The notes beneath the pieces are model-generated. The model was not told where the DNA came from. It searched no databases and worked only from the letters and a program-made list of their open reading frames with translations. A stretch of 63,397 bases of DNA, the filler included, from Platydemus manokwari (lineage: Eukaryota): NCBI GenBank assembly GCA_037951405.1. It is 6 parts of 6 records of this genome, joined end to end, with 100 filler letters (N's around TTAATTAATTAA, not from the genome) between each part and the next. Parts side by side here need not be neighbours in the genome. Positions count along the whole stretch, not along the records: positions 1 to 9,109 come from JBBMOY011298317.1; positions 9,210 to 18,196 come from JBBMOY011318982.1; 4 more parts are not named here. One strand, 5' to 3'. Positions 1-10,579 of this stretch are shown here, piece by piece. The first letter of the stretch is position 1, and every line of letters begins with the position of its first letter. Both the position numbers and the translations under genes were made by a program.

Positions 1-188
1 TTGTCTGATTGGTTTGCTACGAAAGACGAACATTTCTATTGGCTTGGCATCCACAAATTGCCAGAAAGGTGGTCAAATGTATAAAAAGCAATGGTCAATA
101 CTTTGAATAAATGTTTTTTACTTTTCCATTCAAAATTAGTGTTTCAATTTAACAAAAAAACGCTCATTTCATACCGGTACACCTGGTA
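1..188 (+). mobile_element. 3' end of a Mos1-like (mauritiana-type) mariner: frameshifted transposase C-terminus, terminal inverted repeat and TA
   Basis: Translates LSDWFATKDEHFYWLGIHKLPERW/..CIKSNGQYFE*, the typical mariner C-terminus. TIR 161-186 reads (rc) CCAGGTGTACCGGTATGAAATGAGCG, close to the Mos1 ITR, and is followed by TA. Confidence 0.9.
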
Positions 189-2347
189 TATGAAGAATTA
201 TATAAATTCTCAATTGAATATATTTTTGTATAAATATATAATAATAAAATTAGTTGGAATATATTCTACATCATAAATATGAGCTAGTAGATTTGTTTCT
301 TAATTCTCTCAAAGGTGCAAGCACTCTTTATATATAGATTCGATTCTTTTAAAGTTTATTACAAAATAATAATTTACAATTTCGTATCTAGCTCCAGTTC
401 AACAAAAACCAGATATGAAACGTCCAACTTCCCTAACTTCTTTTCCACTGGCCCCAAATCGGGACCGATACCATCGGCAGGTCCAGGTCCAAAAATATTT
501 ACCTTTAATGTTTATGGCAACAGTGCTGGAATACCTTTTGCTGATATTCTCAAGTTATTATTCAGCATATACTCTGTGAAGCATGATTCCGTTTTCATTT
601 CAGAATGTTTTTTGGTGGAATGGCTGACTTTGGTCCTACTGCAAGCCCTAATAGAACGCCTAGACGTCCTCCTAATAATCGTATTTTTATTATTTTTTAT
701 AAGTATTATTTTTGTATAATTTTTTTTATTAATCAAAAACTACCTCTTAGAATTTGAATACTTTTTACATTAGAATTGGCAGAGTTTGTCCGCAAGTTTT
801 ATTCGATCTATCTCAAACTCTATGACAACACGATACATTTTAAAAACTATTTCGATTATTTTATCAGTTATAGGTAATGAATTGCAGTTATATAGCAACC
901 TGGAGCTTTGAATATTTTAGCCTTGTTCGTTCTTTTTTTTATTCGAAAAGAAACTTTTTTAAAGCTTTTCTTAAACTTTTCAATAAGTTGAGTCAACATG
1001 AATTTCTTCCAATACATAACTATTGTAATGAAGCTTTATTTTTCTGTTTCGGACGTTTCCATGATAATTTAGCTTTGGCTCTCTTCCTCTGTAGATTATA
1101 TTATTTATATAAAATAAGTTAAACACGATTTAAAAAATCTTGTTTACTGGAATAATAAGATGGAATAGTCAGAAATACCAGAGCTTTTTAAACATAGAAT
1201 GTCCCTTGAAGCTACAAGACTTCATACTATTAATCAAGAGACACTATCTTCCTATATTAAAAACCAATCAGGATATTATCAAAATTAAATCCTTTTAAAT
1301 AAATCTGGATCTCCTTATATCAATCTTAAGGTCACCCGAGAAACTATACCACTTCCATCACACACTGACTTTCGTCTAATTTTCTGTAAAATAAGCTGAA
1401 GGTAGATGGCAACATTCTCAATTCTTAATCTGTCTCATGAGTATAATTTAATGAATATCTTATTTCAATTTAATGAGTAGGAACAAGTTATCAATTTCTT
1501 TATTTTAGAAACAATAAAGAACTGTTTTAAAACAATTTATGTATTTCAAATGTAACTGCAATTTTATTGCAAATAAATTTTTTTTCTTAGCATTGGGCCT
1601 ATTATTGAAATTAAAGCAGTGAACACAAGTCAGATAACGATGACCAAAATAAGAATTTCTATTTTTTTTAAAATTTTTCTTATTCTCAGGGTTAGAATCA
1701 ATACAGTATGTCAACATAATCTATGTTAGGTGGATTTAAAAATAAATTTTTAATTAAATATTTTAAAAAAATTAAAACAACAAAAATTTCGAATATTTTT
1801 ATTTGGGATTACATAATATCTCGACTTTATGTTTCGCCAATATATTATCTCTGAACTGATTTGATATTCTGAAATCAATCCTGAAATTTTATTGATTTTC
1901 TGCCATTAATTTTGCAATCAAATGAATTATACTAATAATCTTTGAAAATTTAAAACCTTATTTATTAGAACTGGTAGAATTGCTTTTACATTCATATTTT
2001 ATTAAAGAAAGTTTTAATCCAATTTGATTATCTTTTCAAATTTTATTAGATAAATAATTTTTTTATTTACATTCTTTCATTGATGTATTATAAGTGCTTT
2101 CTACCAATCCTGGTTAATGTCAAGGTTGGAATCAATCCTATTATCACCTGTTACTAGATAAATTTATCGATACAAGTCTGTTGATTTTACATGGACCTGT
2201 ATTTGTTTGATTTGTTTTAATGAATTATCAAGTTTTTATAGGATTTGTTTGTATCGATTGATTCTTTGATTTGTTCTTAATAAATAATTATGGATTATGA
2301 AATATTATTTATTCTTTATTTTATTGATAAATAAATTTTCTTTAAAG

Positions 2348-2886
2348 CTAACGCTGCTGCTGTGTGTCAGTTTTGTAGACAATTGTTTTCCGTCCAGGAA
2401 TTAGTGAGGTTATTGGTTGGTGTAATATTGTCATTTTATGCAATGGTAGATTATCCACCAGAAAATCTGTCCCCAAAAACCGACCACCAAAGAAGATTTT
2501 GAAAATATTTTCCCCAGTTATCCCGGTATGCCAACACCAAATAAACCGCATGATTGGAGACAACAGCATCAAGATACGTTAAATGCAATCAAACGAGATC
2601 GTGAAAAAGCAGCAAATAATAAACCGTGGTCTGATCCGTTTGGAAATGAAACCAATTTTGAGTATGAGATTCATCAAAGCGGTTAGAGATCGAAATAGTT
2701 GTCATTGATTTAATGAACCCATTTACAGGATATGTTCAATGCCCTCACTGTAACAGGCGATTTAATATGGAGGCAGCATCACATCACATTCCATTTTGTC
2801 GACAAAAATCGAACGAGGAAAACTTTCGGCCTCACAATACCAAACCAGAAGAGAGACCAACAAGTTCATTTTATAGAGCAAGAGAA
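2348..2886 (+). CDS. C2HC zinc-finger protein, ZC2HC1/FAM164 family (internal exons 2348-2403, 2450-2681, 2729-2886; start and stop exons not resolved)
   Basis: Splicing across GT-AG introns of 46 and 47 nt gives VCQFCRQLFSVQELIIHQKIC...DWRQQHQDTLNAIK...GYVQCPHCNRRFNMEAASHHIPFCRQK: two C2HC fingers with the family WRxxH motif between them. Confidence 0.8.
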
Positions 2887-5485
2887 GTAATTGTTTTAAT
2901 TGGAAATTTACTACTTGATCGATTTTATTTTTATTGACATTTAATTTTTATATTTTAATAATTATTATTGATTTTTTAATTATAATTATTATTATTAATG
3001 AAAGTTTTTATATTTTTGACAAGAATTGACAATCATAACCCTGATAAATATTGATTCTCACCAGACAAATCCGAGACCATATTGATATCAGAGATGTCAA
3101 ATATTTGTTTAACCTTCCAACATTCAATTAAATGTTTCAGATCATTAATAAATTTAGGCCACACTTACTAGCATCAATCATTAATCAATGAACGAAAAAT
3201 ATTGGATATTCAGTATTTTCATATTATTGGTGTGGGTTTTTCATTTCCTATCACGATAAACCTTGTTCTGGTCACAACAATTAAATATCGATTTCATCCA
3301 GTTTGAATATCGATAACGAATAAACATTATTGATTCTTTTCCGCATAATGATATCTTTTAACTATCTGATAAACTATATATTTGATTGACTTTGAATTGA
3401 TCGTAATAATTGAATAGAATATATTGATTACAATTTTTAAGTAGAATAAATGATTTTATAAAATGATCAATATTGATGTAAATTGATGTTGATGGTGAAT
3501 TCACTTAATTCGAAGTTTTTGAGCATTTATAAATAATTTTTTAATATTCTTTTTTATTTTACTTTGTTATTGTCTGTGTTTTTATTCAATGCCATCTGCA
3601 TTGTTAATTAGATGTAAAATAACATCTACTATCAGATGCTGCATTCATATTTCTCATTCCGCGATACACATTAGGCAGATGAAACTTGGCATCATGGGTT
3701 AATTTTAGCAACTGTTACGTCTAGCTTTATGCAGCTTTTAATAAATCTTCTTTAACAGAAATGCCTTGTGCTCTTAACTCACAAATGACAGCATTAGACA
3801 AAATTTATCAATTCTCATTTTATTTCTGAGCATCGACTAAATGCTTCCTTATCCAACGTTTCGATCGTTATTGTATAATCTACTCGGTTGAGATATAAGT
3901 TTTATTTCGATTTTTTCTTTTATTAATTAAAGTTAATTAAATATATCTGTATCGTATTTTCGTTTTTATTTATTTTTCCTTATTTATATAAAAATATTTT
4001 TATTTTTTTAAATACAAAAACGTTATGCGTTATTTTCTAATGAAGTCCATTATTTTCGATGATTATTCTCGACATGCCCGAAAAAATATTTCAGCTTCAT
4101 CGATAGATTAACAAACTCTAATAGCTGTTCAAAGAATTGCGAATTCTGGAAAGTTGATTACTTTATTAGACTTATAAGCAGTAAAGAGGAATCCTTTAAA
4201 TGAATCTTGAGCTATTCTAATAATCTAATTAATACAGTTCCGATTTTTACTCTTGAAACATGGTTATCATTAACAAGATTGCTTTTTTATTTTTCTTTAT
4301 ATATAATCTTTATTTTTTTATTATTTCTTCCTTAAATTTTCTATTTTTTATTTACTTTTATTTCAACTTTATAGACAGGAGCGGTTTGAGTCGAATTTCA
4401 ATATTAAAATGGAATATGGGAAATAGAAATTTCATACTGTCGCATGTTTTATCTCCAAAACGATGATTGTATTATCAGTAATTATAAACAATTCTCGTGT
4501 TTTCCTTGGTCCTTGAATTATATTTTAGTCCGTCTGAATTTTGAACTCTAAAATTCAATATTCTGTTTGGCATAAATATCGAGAATATATATCTCTAATG
4601 TATATTTCAGAAATAAGTTTTTTCAGTGAGTTATTTTGTCTATAAAGTGAACGACGGTGGTGATGCGCGGATTAAATTTTTTAGGTGAAATAGAAATTTT
4701 CATTTTCATTTACTTATTTTATTTTATTATATACATTGTATTGGATTCATAAAATCTACCCAAATGAAAATTCCAAACTTTGTTGTGGTTTATATTTTAC
4801 TTAGCTGACCAAATTCAATGCTTTAATTCCAGATTCACATATAAGTGTAATTAATAATTTCCTAACTCTCATTAGACCTATGGTGATAACTTTATGACAT
4901 TAGATAATGTGTGCATAAGGGTTTGAAAATATTTTCTTTTGATGCGATAGATACTGTTCTCAAGGATGTGCTTATAATTCGGTACGAACTGGAATAATTA
5001 AAGATTTTTTATTAGAAATGCAACAAAACTTTGCAAAACCAAGGATACGATGCCAAAACAGAAAATATAAAAATGTGTTTATTAGATCATATAAAAATAG
5101 TTTTTATTCGAGAATGCTTTGTATTTTTCATTTTATTTGAATAAATAAATGTTTTGGAAGTATAGATCTAGTAAAACGTTCGATTTTTGCATTCAAATGT
5201 TCTAATATTCAAATCAAGAACTATTAACGAAATCTCATTCAGCTATCTAATTAATATCTTCGTCAGAAAATGTTTGAAAAACATATTCATCAACAATATA
5301 ATTTTTCAAACCAATTTTTCAACAGATAAACCTATGTCATGAAATTAAGAGCCTATTTTCTTTCACTAAAAGAGATTTAATAACTGAGATTATACATCAA
5401 TAATACATACAAGTTTTCCTATTTCATGATCGCATTATAAAGTGTCTATCAAAAAAGGTCTTGTTTGCTGATGATTTCGTTATAG

Positions 5486-5519
5486 TATAAAGAAGTTTTA
5501 TATAATTTTTGAATTCAGT
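5486..5519 (+). promoter_or_regulatory. Core promoter: TATA box plus TCAGT initiator
   Basis: TATAAA at 5486-5491 and TCAGT at 5515-5519 (A is 31 nt from the TATA start), just upstream of ATG 5531. Confidence 0.55.
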
Positions 5520-5530
5520 ACGCTAAAAAT

Positions 5531-5755
5531 ATGAAAAAGTCTAATCAAGACGATCATAACAATAACCAATGGGATTCATTTGATGCATATTGGGATCAAG
5601 ATGAAGAGGAATACATGAATTCTGGAATGACTAGCAATTACAGTAGCGATCGGGATTTGTATTCACAATTTTGCAACTTCTCGGCAGGCTATATGGCCGA
5701 TCGTGTTCATCGTAAATCTACTTTTCCGGATATTCGGATCAATAATGGAAGTTAG
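5531..5755 (+). CDS. Small acidic orphan protein, 74 aa
   Basis: ORF is less AT-rich than its flanks, with TATA+Inr upstream and AATAAA at 5783-5788. No recognised homology. Confidence 0.5.
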   Translation: MKKSNQDDHNNNQWDSFDAYWDQDEEEYMNSGMTSNYSSDRDLYSQFCNFSAGYMADRVHRKSTFPDIRINNGS

Positions 5756-7259
5756 GAGAAATTTCTTTATTTTGATAAAATCAATAAATAACGAAATAGT
5801 TTTAAAATTTTAATCAAATAATATGGTTTATGTTTCAAATTGACAACTAATTTTCTGATAGTTGTAAAAGTTTGTTGGCTGTTAATAGCATTGACTTTTG
5901 TTTTACATCACGATATGACGTAATAACACAAATCTGTTCGATTCCTAACTAATCCACGAGTTTAATGACAATTAATTATTTGATAATATGGGTATGTATT
6001 ACGTTAGCAGAAATTTATTATAATATCTTTATTATTAATTGCAATATTTTTGTTCCAAGCACCACCGGATTTCTCCGGATGAACAATGCACTTTAGAACA
6101 AAAATTAGACTAAACGCCGAACCAAAAGAGTGTGGATATTTTGATTCAATTTCTAATACAAAGAAACAGGAAACCATTTTTCTAAGTGGTAGTAGTGATT
6201 GCAACATTTTAAACGACGATGATATCAATAATTTTAATTTTCGACACATGATCATATAGTAGAGCATTTCATCGATGTTTCCTTGTCGAATTGTATTTCT
6301 ATATCTGTATCAATTGACCTTCAAATTTATTAAAAAATCACTGACTTACAGATTGATTAACCAGCTGATTAACTGACCGACAAATTAAATGTAAGTTAAT
6401 TTTACAGTAAATTCATTCGATCTCTCAACACATCTCAAGTGTTTAGATCAACGCTGCACTTAAAATAGTTAATACTTTCTGTTAATATGTTTTCCATTGA
6501 TATTTCTTTTAGGTTTTGAACTATTTGATTAGATATTTTTTGGATTATTATTTTATATATTGATTATTATTATTAGTGAAATTAAGAACCGTTTTAAGTT
6601 TTTCATAGTTCTTTCCCCAAATTACCACGGTGTCTCTAAATCAAAATCCTAACAAAGTTATGAATAAAATAAATATTTAATTAATTAAAACAAAACGATA
6701 GCTCATATTATTGTATATTTATAGTGCAATGCTTTTTTAAAAAGATGTACATCTACTTTCTGTATTACAATTTAAGGTATGTATTGAACTACTAGACTAT
6801 CAATATTGTCGTAAATAATGATGCTCAAAGTTATATACATTAAATGAGTTATTTCTTCATTATAAAACATGAAAGCGTGACTGAAATATATTTTTTAAAT
6901 TTTTTGTTGCTTCGTGTTGAGAAGAGAGGTACAATACGTAATGTTTATTTTTTGTATTGATGCTAACTTGAAATAGTTTACCAGTTATTTTAATTATTAA
7001 CTCTAGTTAAATGTGGTTGGTTTAAAATACCAGGAAAAAGTGTATTTCTTTAAACAATTATTAAAATTTTAACTTTTCTAACGAACCTCTGAAATTTACT
7101 ACTAAAAAATTTACAATTTTCTGCATTTATTTCTTCGTTAATTGGTTAAAAATGAAATTAATCTAAATCGAAATTAATTTATATCCAGTTAATAACCAAT
7201 AAACTCGGTTATGTGTTAATAAAATGAAGTAACGCAAAGATGTTAATAAAATATACCTG

Positions 7260-8750
7260 AAAACATTAAAAAGATAGGCAAAACATTATATTTTTCATTT
7301 CAGTAAAATTTAGAAAAAGAATAATGGTTATTATAAACAATATTAACATATTACGAGCTAGTATTTAGAGTAAAAGAATCATATGGTACGGGCGTTCGAA
7401 TAGCGTGTGTACTGTTGGTGGTATTGTTGTAAAATCCAGAAGTAGATGATGTGTAGTTGGTCTATTTTGTTGACCATTAACAATATATTCTCTGATTTTG
7501 TGCATTATTTATTGAAAATTGCTATACTAATATATTTTAAACAAAACTTGGCATGTTGGCTCATTGGACGAACCAAAATATATAGTGGAATAAGATCACA
7601 ATAAGTCTGACATTGAGAAGTATCTGGTGTAATAAATTTATTGACTTATTAATATAATTATTCTTTAACCATTTCATCCTTTGATTTCTGAGAATTAGTT
7701 TAATTAGAAGCACAGCATTTAAAATATGTTTATTGTTTATCAATATATAAAATTAATCAATCACAATCAATACTTATTTAATTAATCATATTTATAGATT
7801 AATTTTATTGTCAATTTAATTACTTTTTATTTATATTTTTCAAACAGTATTCTCGGAATCACCATCACCGGGAAAGTCGAGGAGAAATACGACATCTGAT
7901 ATTTTTGACACAACATTTCCATCTTTACACAAACAATAGTAATTTTTAATGTTATTTTTAAGAGTAACTGATGAGAGTTTTGTAGTAAATTCAATAAGTC
8001 GCATAACGGTTGCGATAATTGTATTCGAATGTATGGTTTTGAAGCTGCAAAGGTTCATTGTAGTTGTGCTTTCAAAAAGGCCACAAATGTCAGACATAAG
8101 TGAAATGTTGGTGGGTATATGATGCCACTTATTTCATGTAATGATGAAGACCAAGATTTTAGAAATTTGTTTTGTTAATTCACAGATTACTGTCTTTCGT
8201 GCAGATCTACTAATAATCATTACTTGTGCACCACCACTCGATTGAGATAATAGATTGATTATGGGTCGATCTTCCATTTTCGTATATATGCATTGCATAA
8301 TTGTTAAAAAATATTTTATTCCACTCGTTACTTAGCAGTTTGTTCTGTGGGGAATCTGAAATAAACAAAATTAAAAAATAATTTTTAAATTTGTTTGAAT
8401 CGATCAAAATTAAAAATTGTTTAATCGATCTCCAGGTCATAAACAGAAATTTAGTAAAATTCCAAAAATAGAAGTCACGCTATGTTCGAAAATAGAATAA
8501 CTGCAATTGTTACTTTAAATAACCAGGATAACTAAAAATACTAACCCATACATAATAAACACCAAAAATAGTAACACATGATATTAAGTATAATATGTTA
8601 CCAAAAAATAACGACATGACCCAAGAAAAACGCTGAATACGTTGAATTAGTATATAAGCAAGTGACGCCTTCATTCCATGCACAAAATTGATATCACGAA
8701 TATGAACGCGCAATATTATTTGGATACTTATTTGAACGATTCATGTTATT
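7260..8750 (-). pseudogene. Degraded multipass membrane-protein gene, tentatively otopetrin-like
   Basis: Broken hydrophobic frames in colinear order: QLQLFYF..NFTKFLFM, LHEISGIIYPPTFHLCLTFVAFL, FFYSKY*LVIC*YCL**PLFFF...CFAYLF. These loosely resemble otopetrin segments. Many stops and frameshifts. Confidence 0.25.
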
Positions 8751-9036
8751 ATTTCTTGTTTTGTTTACAGAATGAAAATTCAAGACACTAATTTATGCGT
8801 ATGAGTAAATTTTTTATTGTTGTACTATTTCCAGCTTCGTGATCTTTTGAAATCCAATAAGAGGCTTATATTTGATTCCCCACTTTCACTTTTATTATGG
8901 AGTATTGTCTAAGCACCTAAATGGCATGTCATTATATTTATTTTGAGGATACTGTGCTTTTACAAAAGAATTATTTATTATTTGCTAGTGTTACAAAATT
9001 ATTTCAATTAATCAAATACATTTTATTGTTTTATTT

Positions 9037-9109
9037 TATTAGGTTGTAAATAAAGTTCGCGGACAAAATTGGAAATAAAAATTTGTTGTACATAAATTTA
9101 TTTAAAACA
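9037..9109 (+). mobile_element. Probable mariner-type terminal inverted repeat running into the contig end
   Basis: TA + TTAGGTTGTAAATAAAGTTCGCGG; shares its first 9 nt with the TIR at 53601-53630. Confidence 0.45.
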
Positions 9110-9209
9110 NNNNNNNNNNNNNNNNNNNNNNNNNNNNNNNNNNNNNNNNNNNNTTAATTAATTAANNNNNNNNNNNNNNNNNNNNNNNNNNNNNNNNNNN
9201 NNNNNNNNN
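9110..9209. other. Artificial contig linker (44 N + TTAATTAATTAA + 44 N)
   Basis: Identical 100-bp structure occurs five times; the 12-mer is palindromic and puts TAA stops in all six frames. Confidence 0.98.
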
Positions 9210-9494
9210 ATTCTCTTATTCATGTAAATAATTATCTTAAATTGTGCAAAATTTATTTTAAAACTCAAAAAACCCTATAAGAATTAAATTTGTTCGAATA
9301 TGAATTGAGTAAATAAATATTTCTGGGAAATCTGCAACACGTCAATATCAAAGAATAATAATTGAACCAATTTAACTCGTCTTGATATCGGGTGCTTTTT
9401 CTTAATATCTAAACATCATTCAATGTCATTAAATAAATAAAAACTATAATAAGAACTATCAGACGTTATGACATACCAGAGTTTGCTCATATAC

Positions 9495-9745
9495 TCCCTG
9501 CAATTTCTACCGACAGGTCGTCAGTTATTTGAACTATAAATTTCCAAAACATTAGATTGGTCACTGATAAAATCTTTTGAAATGCCCCTAAAGATCACCA
9601 GACCAAACGCCAGGTGATTTTTATTTACTAAGGGTCATTTAAAATAAGTGGTGCACAGCGTTATGTGCAAAAAATAGAATTTGCGAACCAGTTCATGTCG
9701 TCGATGGAAGGCAGTGCATATAGGCATGAGGTCGAGTTGTTGAGA
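9495..9745 (+). mobile_element. Tc1/mariner superfamily (Tc3-like, WIGR/WPxRSPD type) transposase relic
   Basis: NFYRQVVSYLNYKFPKH*IGH**NLLKCP*RSPDQTPGDFYL/GHLK matches the consensus H..VR.YLN..FP.RWIGR....WP.RSPDL.P.DF.LWG.LK. Confidence 0.7.
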
Positions 9746-10080
9746 AGTGAATTCATATTTGTAATATTGAAAATTGCGGAAATTACTAAAACAAAATTTG
9801 AAAATAGAAGTCTTTATTATTTAAGATCTGGGGGTTCAATTATACACGCATCATGAGTTATAAATTATTCCGATAAAATATTCGTTGACAACTACACCAA
9901 TAATATCTGAAATATTGCAATATCTAATTTAAAAAGTATTTAGTAGAAAAATTATAAAAGTGATATTTAAAGATGCACAACATTAAACTTTAAAATGAAC
10001 AGATTATATCAGCATTTTATTTTCATCAGGGTTGAACTAAATTGTGTGACACAAAGGAGTTTTATTGACATACAACACAC

Positions 10081-10082
<2 letters not shown>

Positions 10083-10114
<32 letters not shown>
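10083..10114. repeat. (AT)n microsatellite
   Basis: Direct dinucleotide run. Confidence 0.95.
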
Positions 10115-10117
<3 letters not shown>

Positions 10118-10579
10118 AAGAATGTTAAGTATTTTATAATCATTAAGATACCGAGAAATATCCAATCAGAATTGAGGAATTTATCTATTATCTATTTGAT
10201 TAAAACAAAGCAAAATTTTTAAACAAATTGTAATTTGTTAAACTGCATTCTTAAAATTTTTTGTCTGATCATCTTTCGCTACCAGTTATAAACATTTCGT
10301 AGAACCCAATAACAACTTACAAGAAAAAGTACGAAATAACAATAAGGAACACAAGGAAATTAATCGGTTATCCAATGGTGTTTTCGAAATAAAAACTTTA
10401 AAAACCATTTTAGCAATGAACCATTCAACTATGATTAAAATATCGATATTATTTTTATAACTAATCCAATTTAGCCAGTCTAAATAAAACGTGTAATTAT
10501 CAACCAATCAAATTTCAATATTAAAAATCATTCTTAAATGTTATAAACAAAAATAAAAGTTTATTTTTATTCATAACAA

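Noticed and set aside
4940-5060. LQNQGYDA, resembling the hAT transposase GQxYDGA motif
   Set aside because: Single short motif with no supporting context or TIRs.
6004-6300. RING-H2-like (RRLKCCNHYYH, minus) or CARD-like (KSVDILIQFLIQR, plus) fragments
   Set aside because: Short, interrupted by stops and mutually exclusive; not enough to call either.
9154-9165. TTAATTAATTAA recurring five times, as a possible piggyBac TTAA site or regularly spaced repeat system
   Set aside because: Always centred in exactly 44+44 Ns, so it is an artificial six-frame-stop linker.
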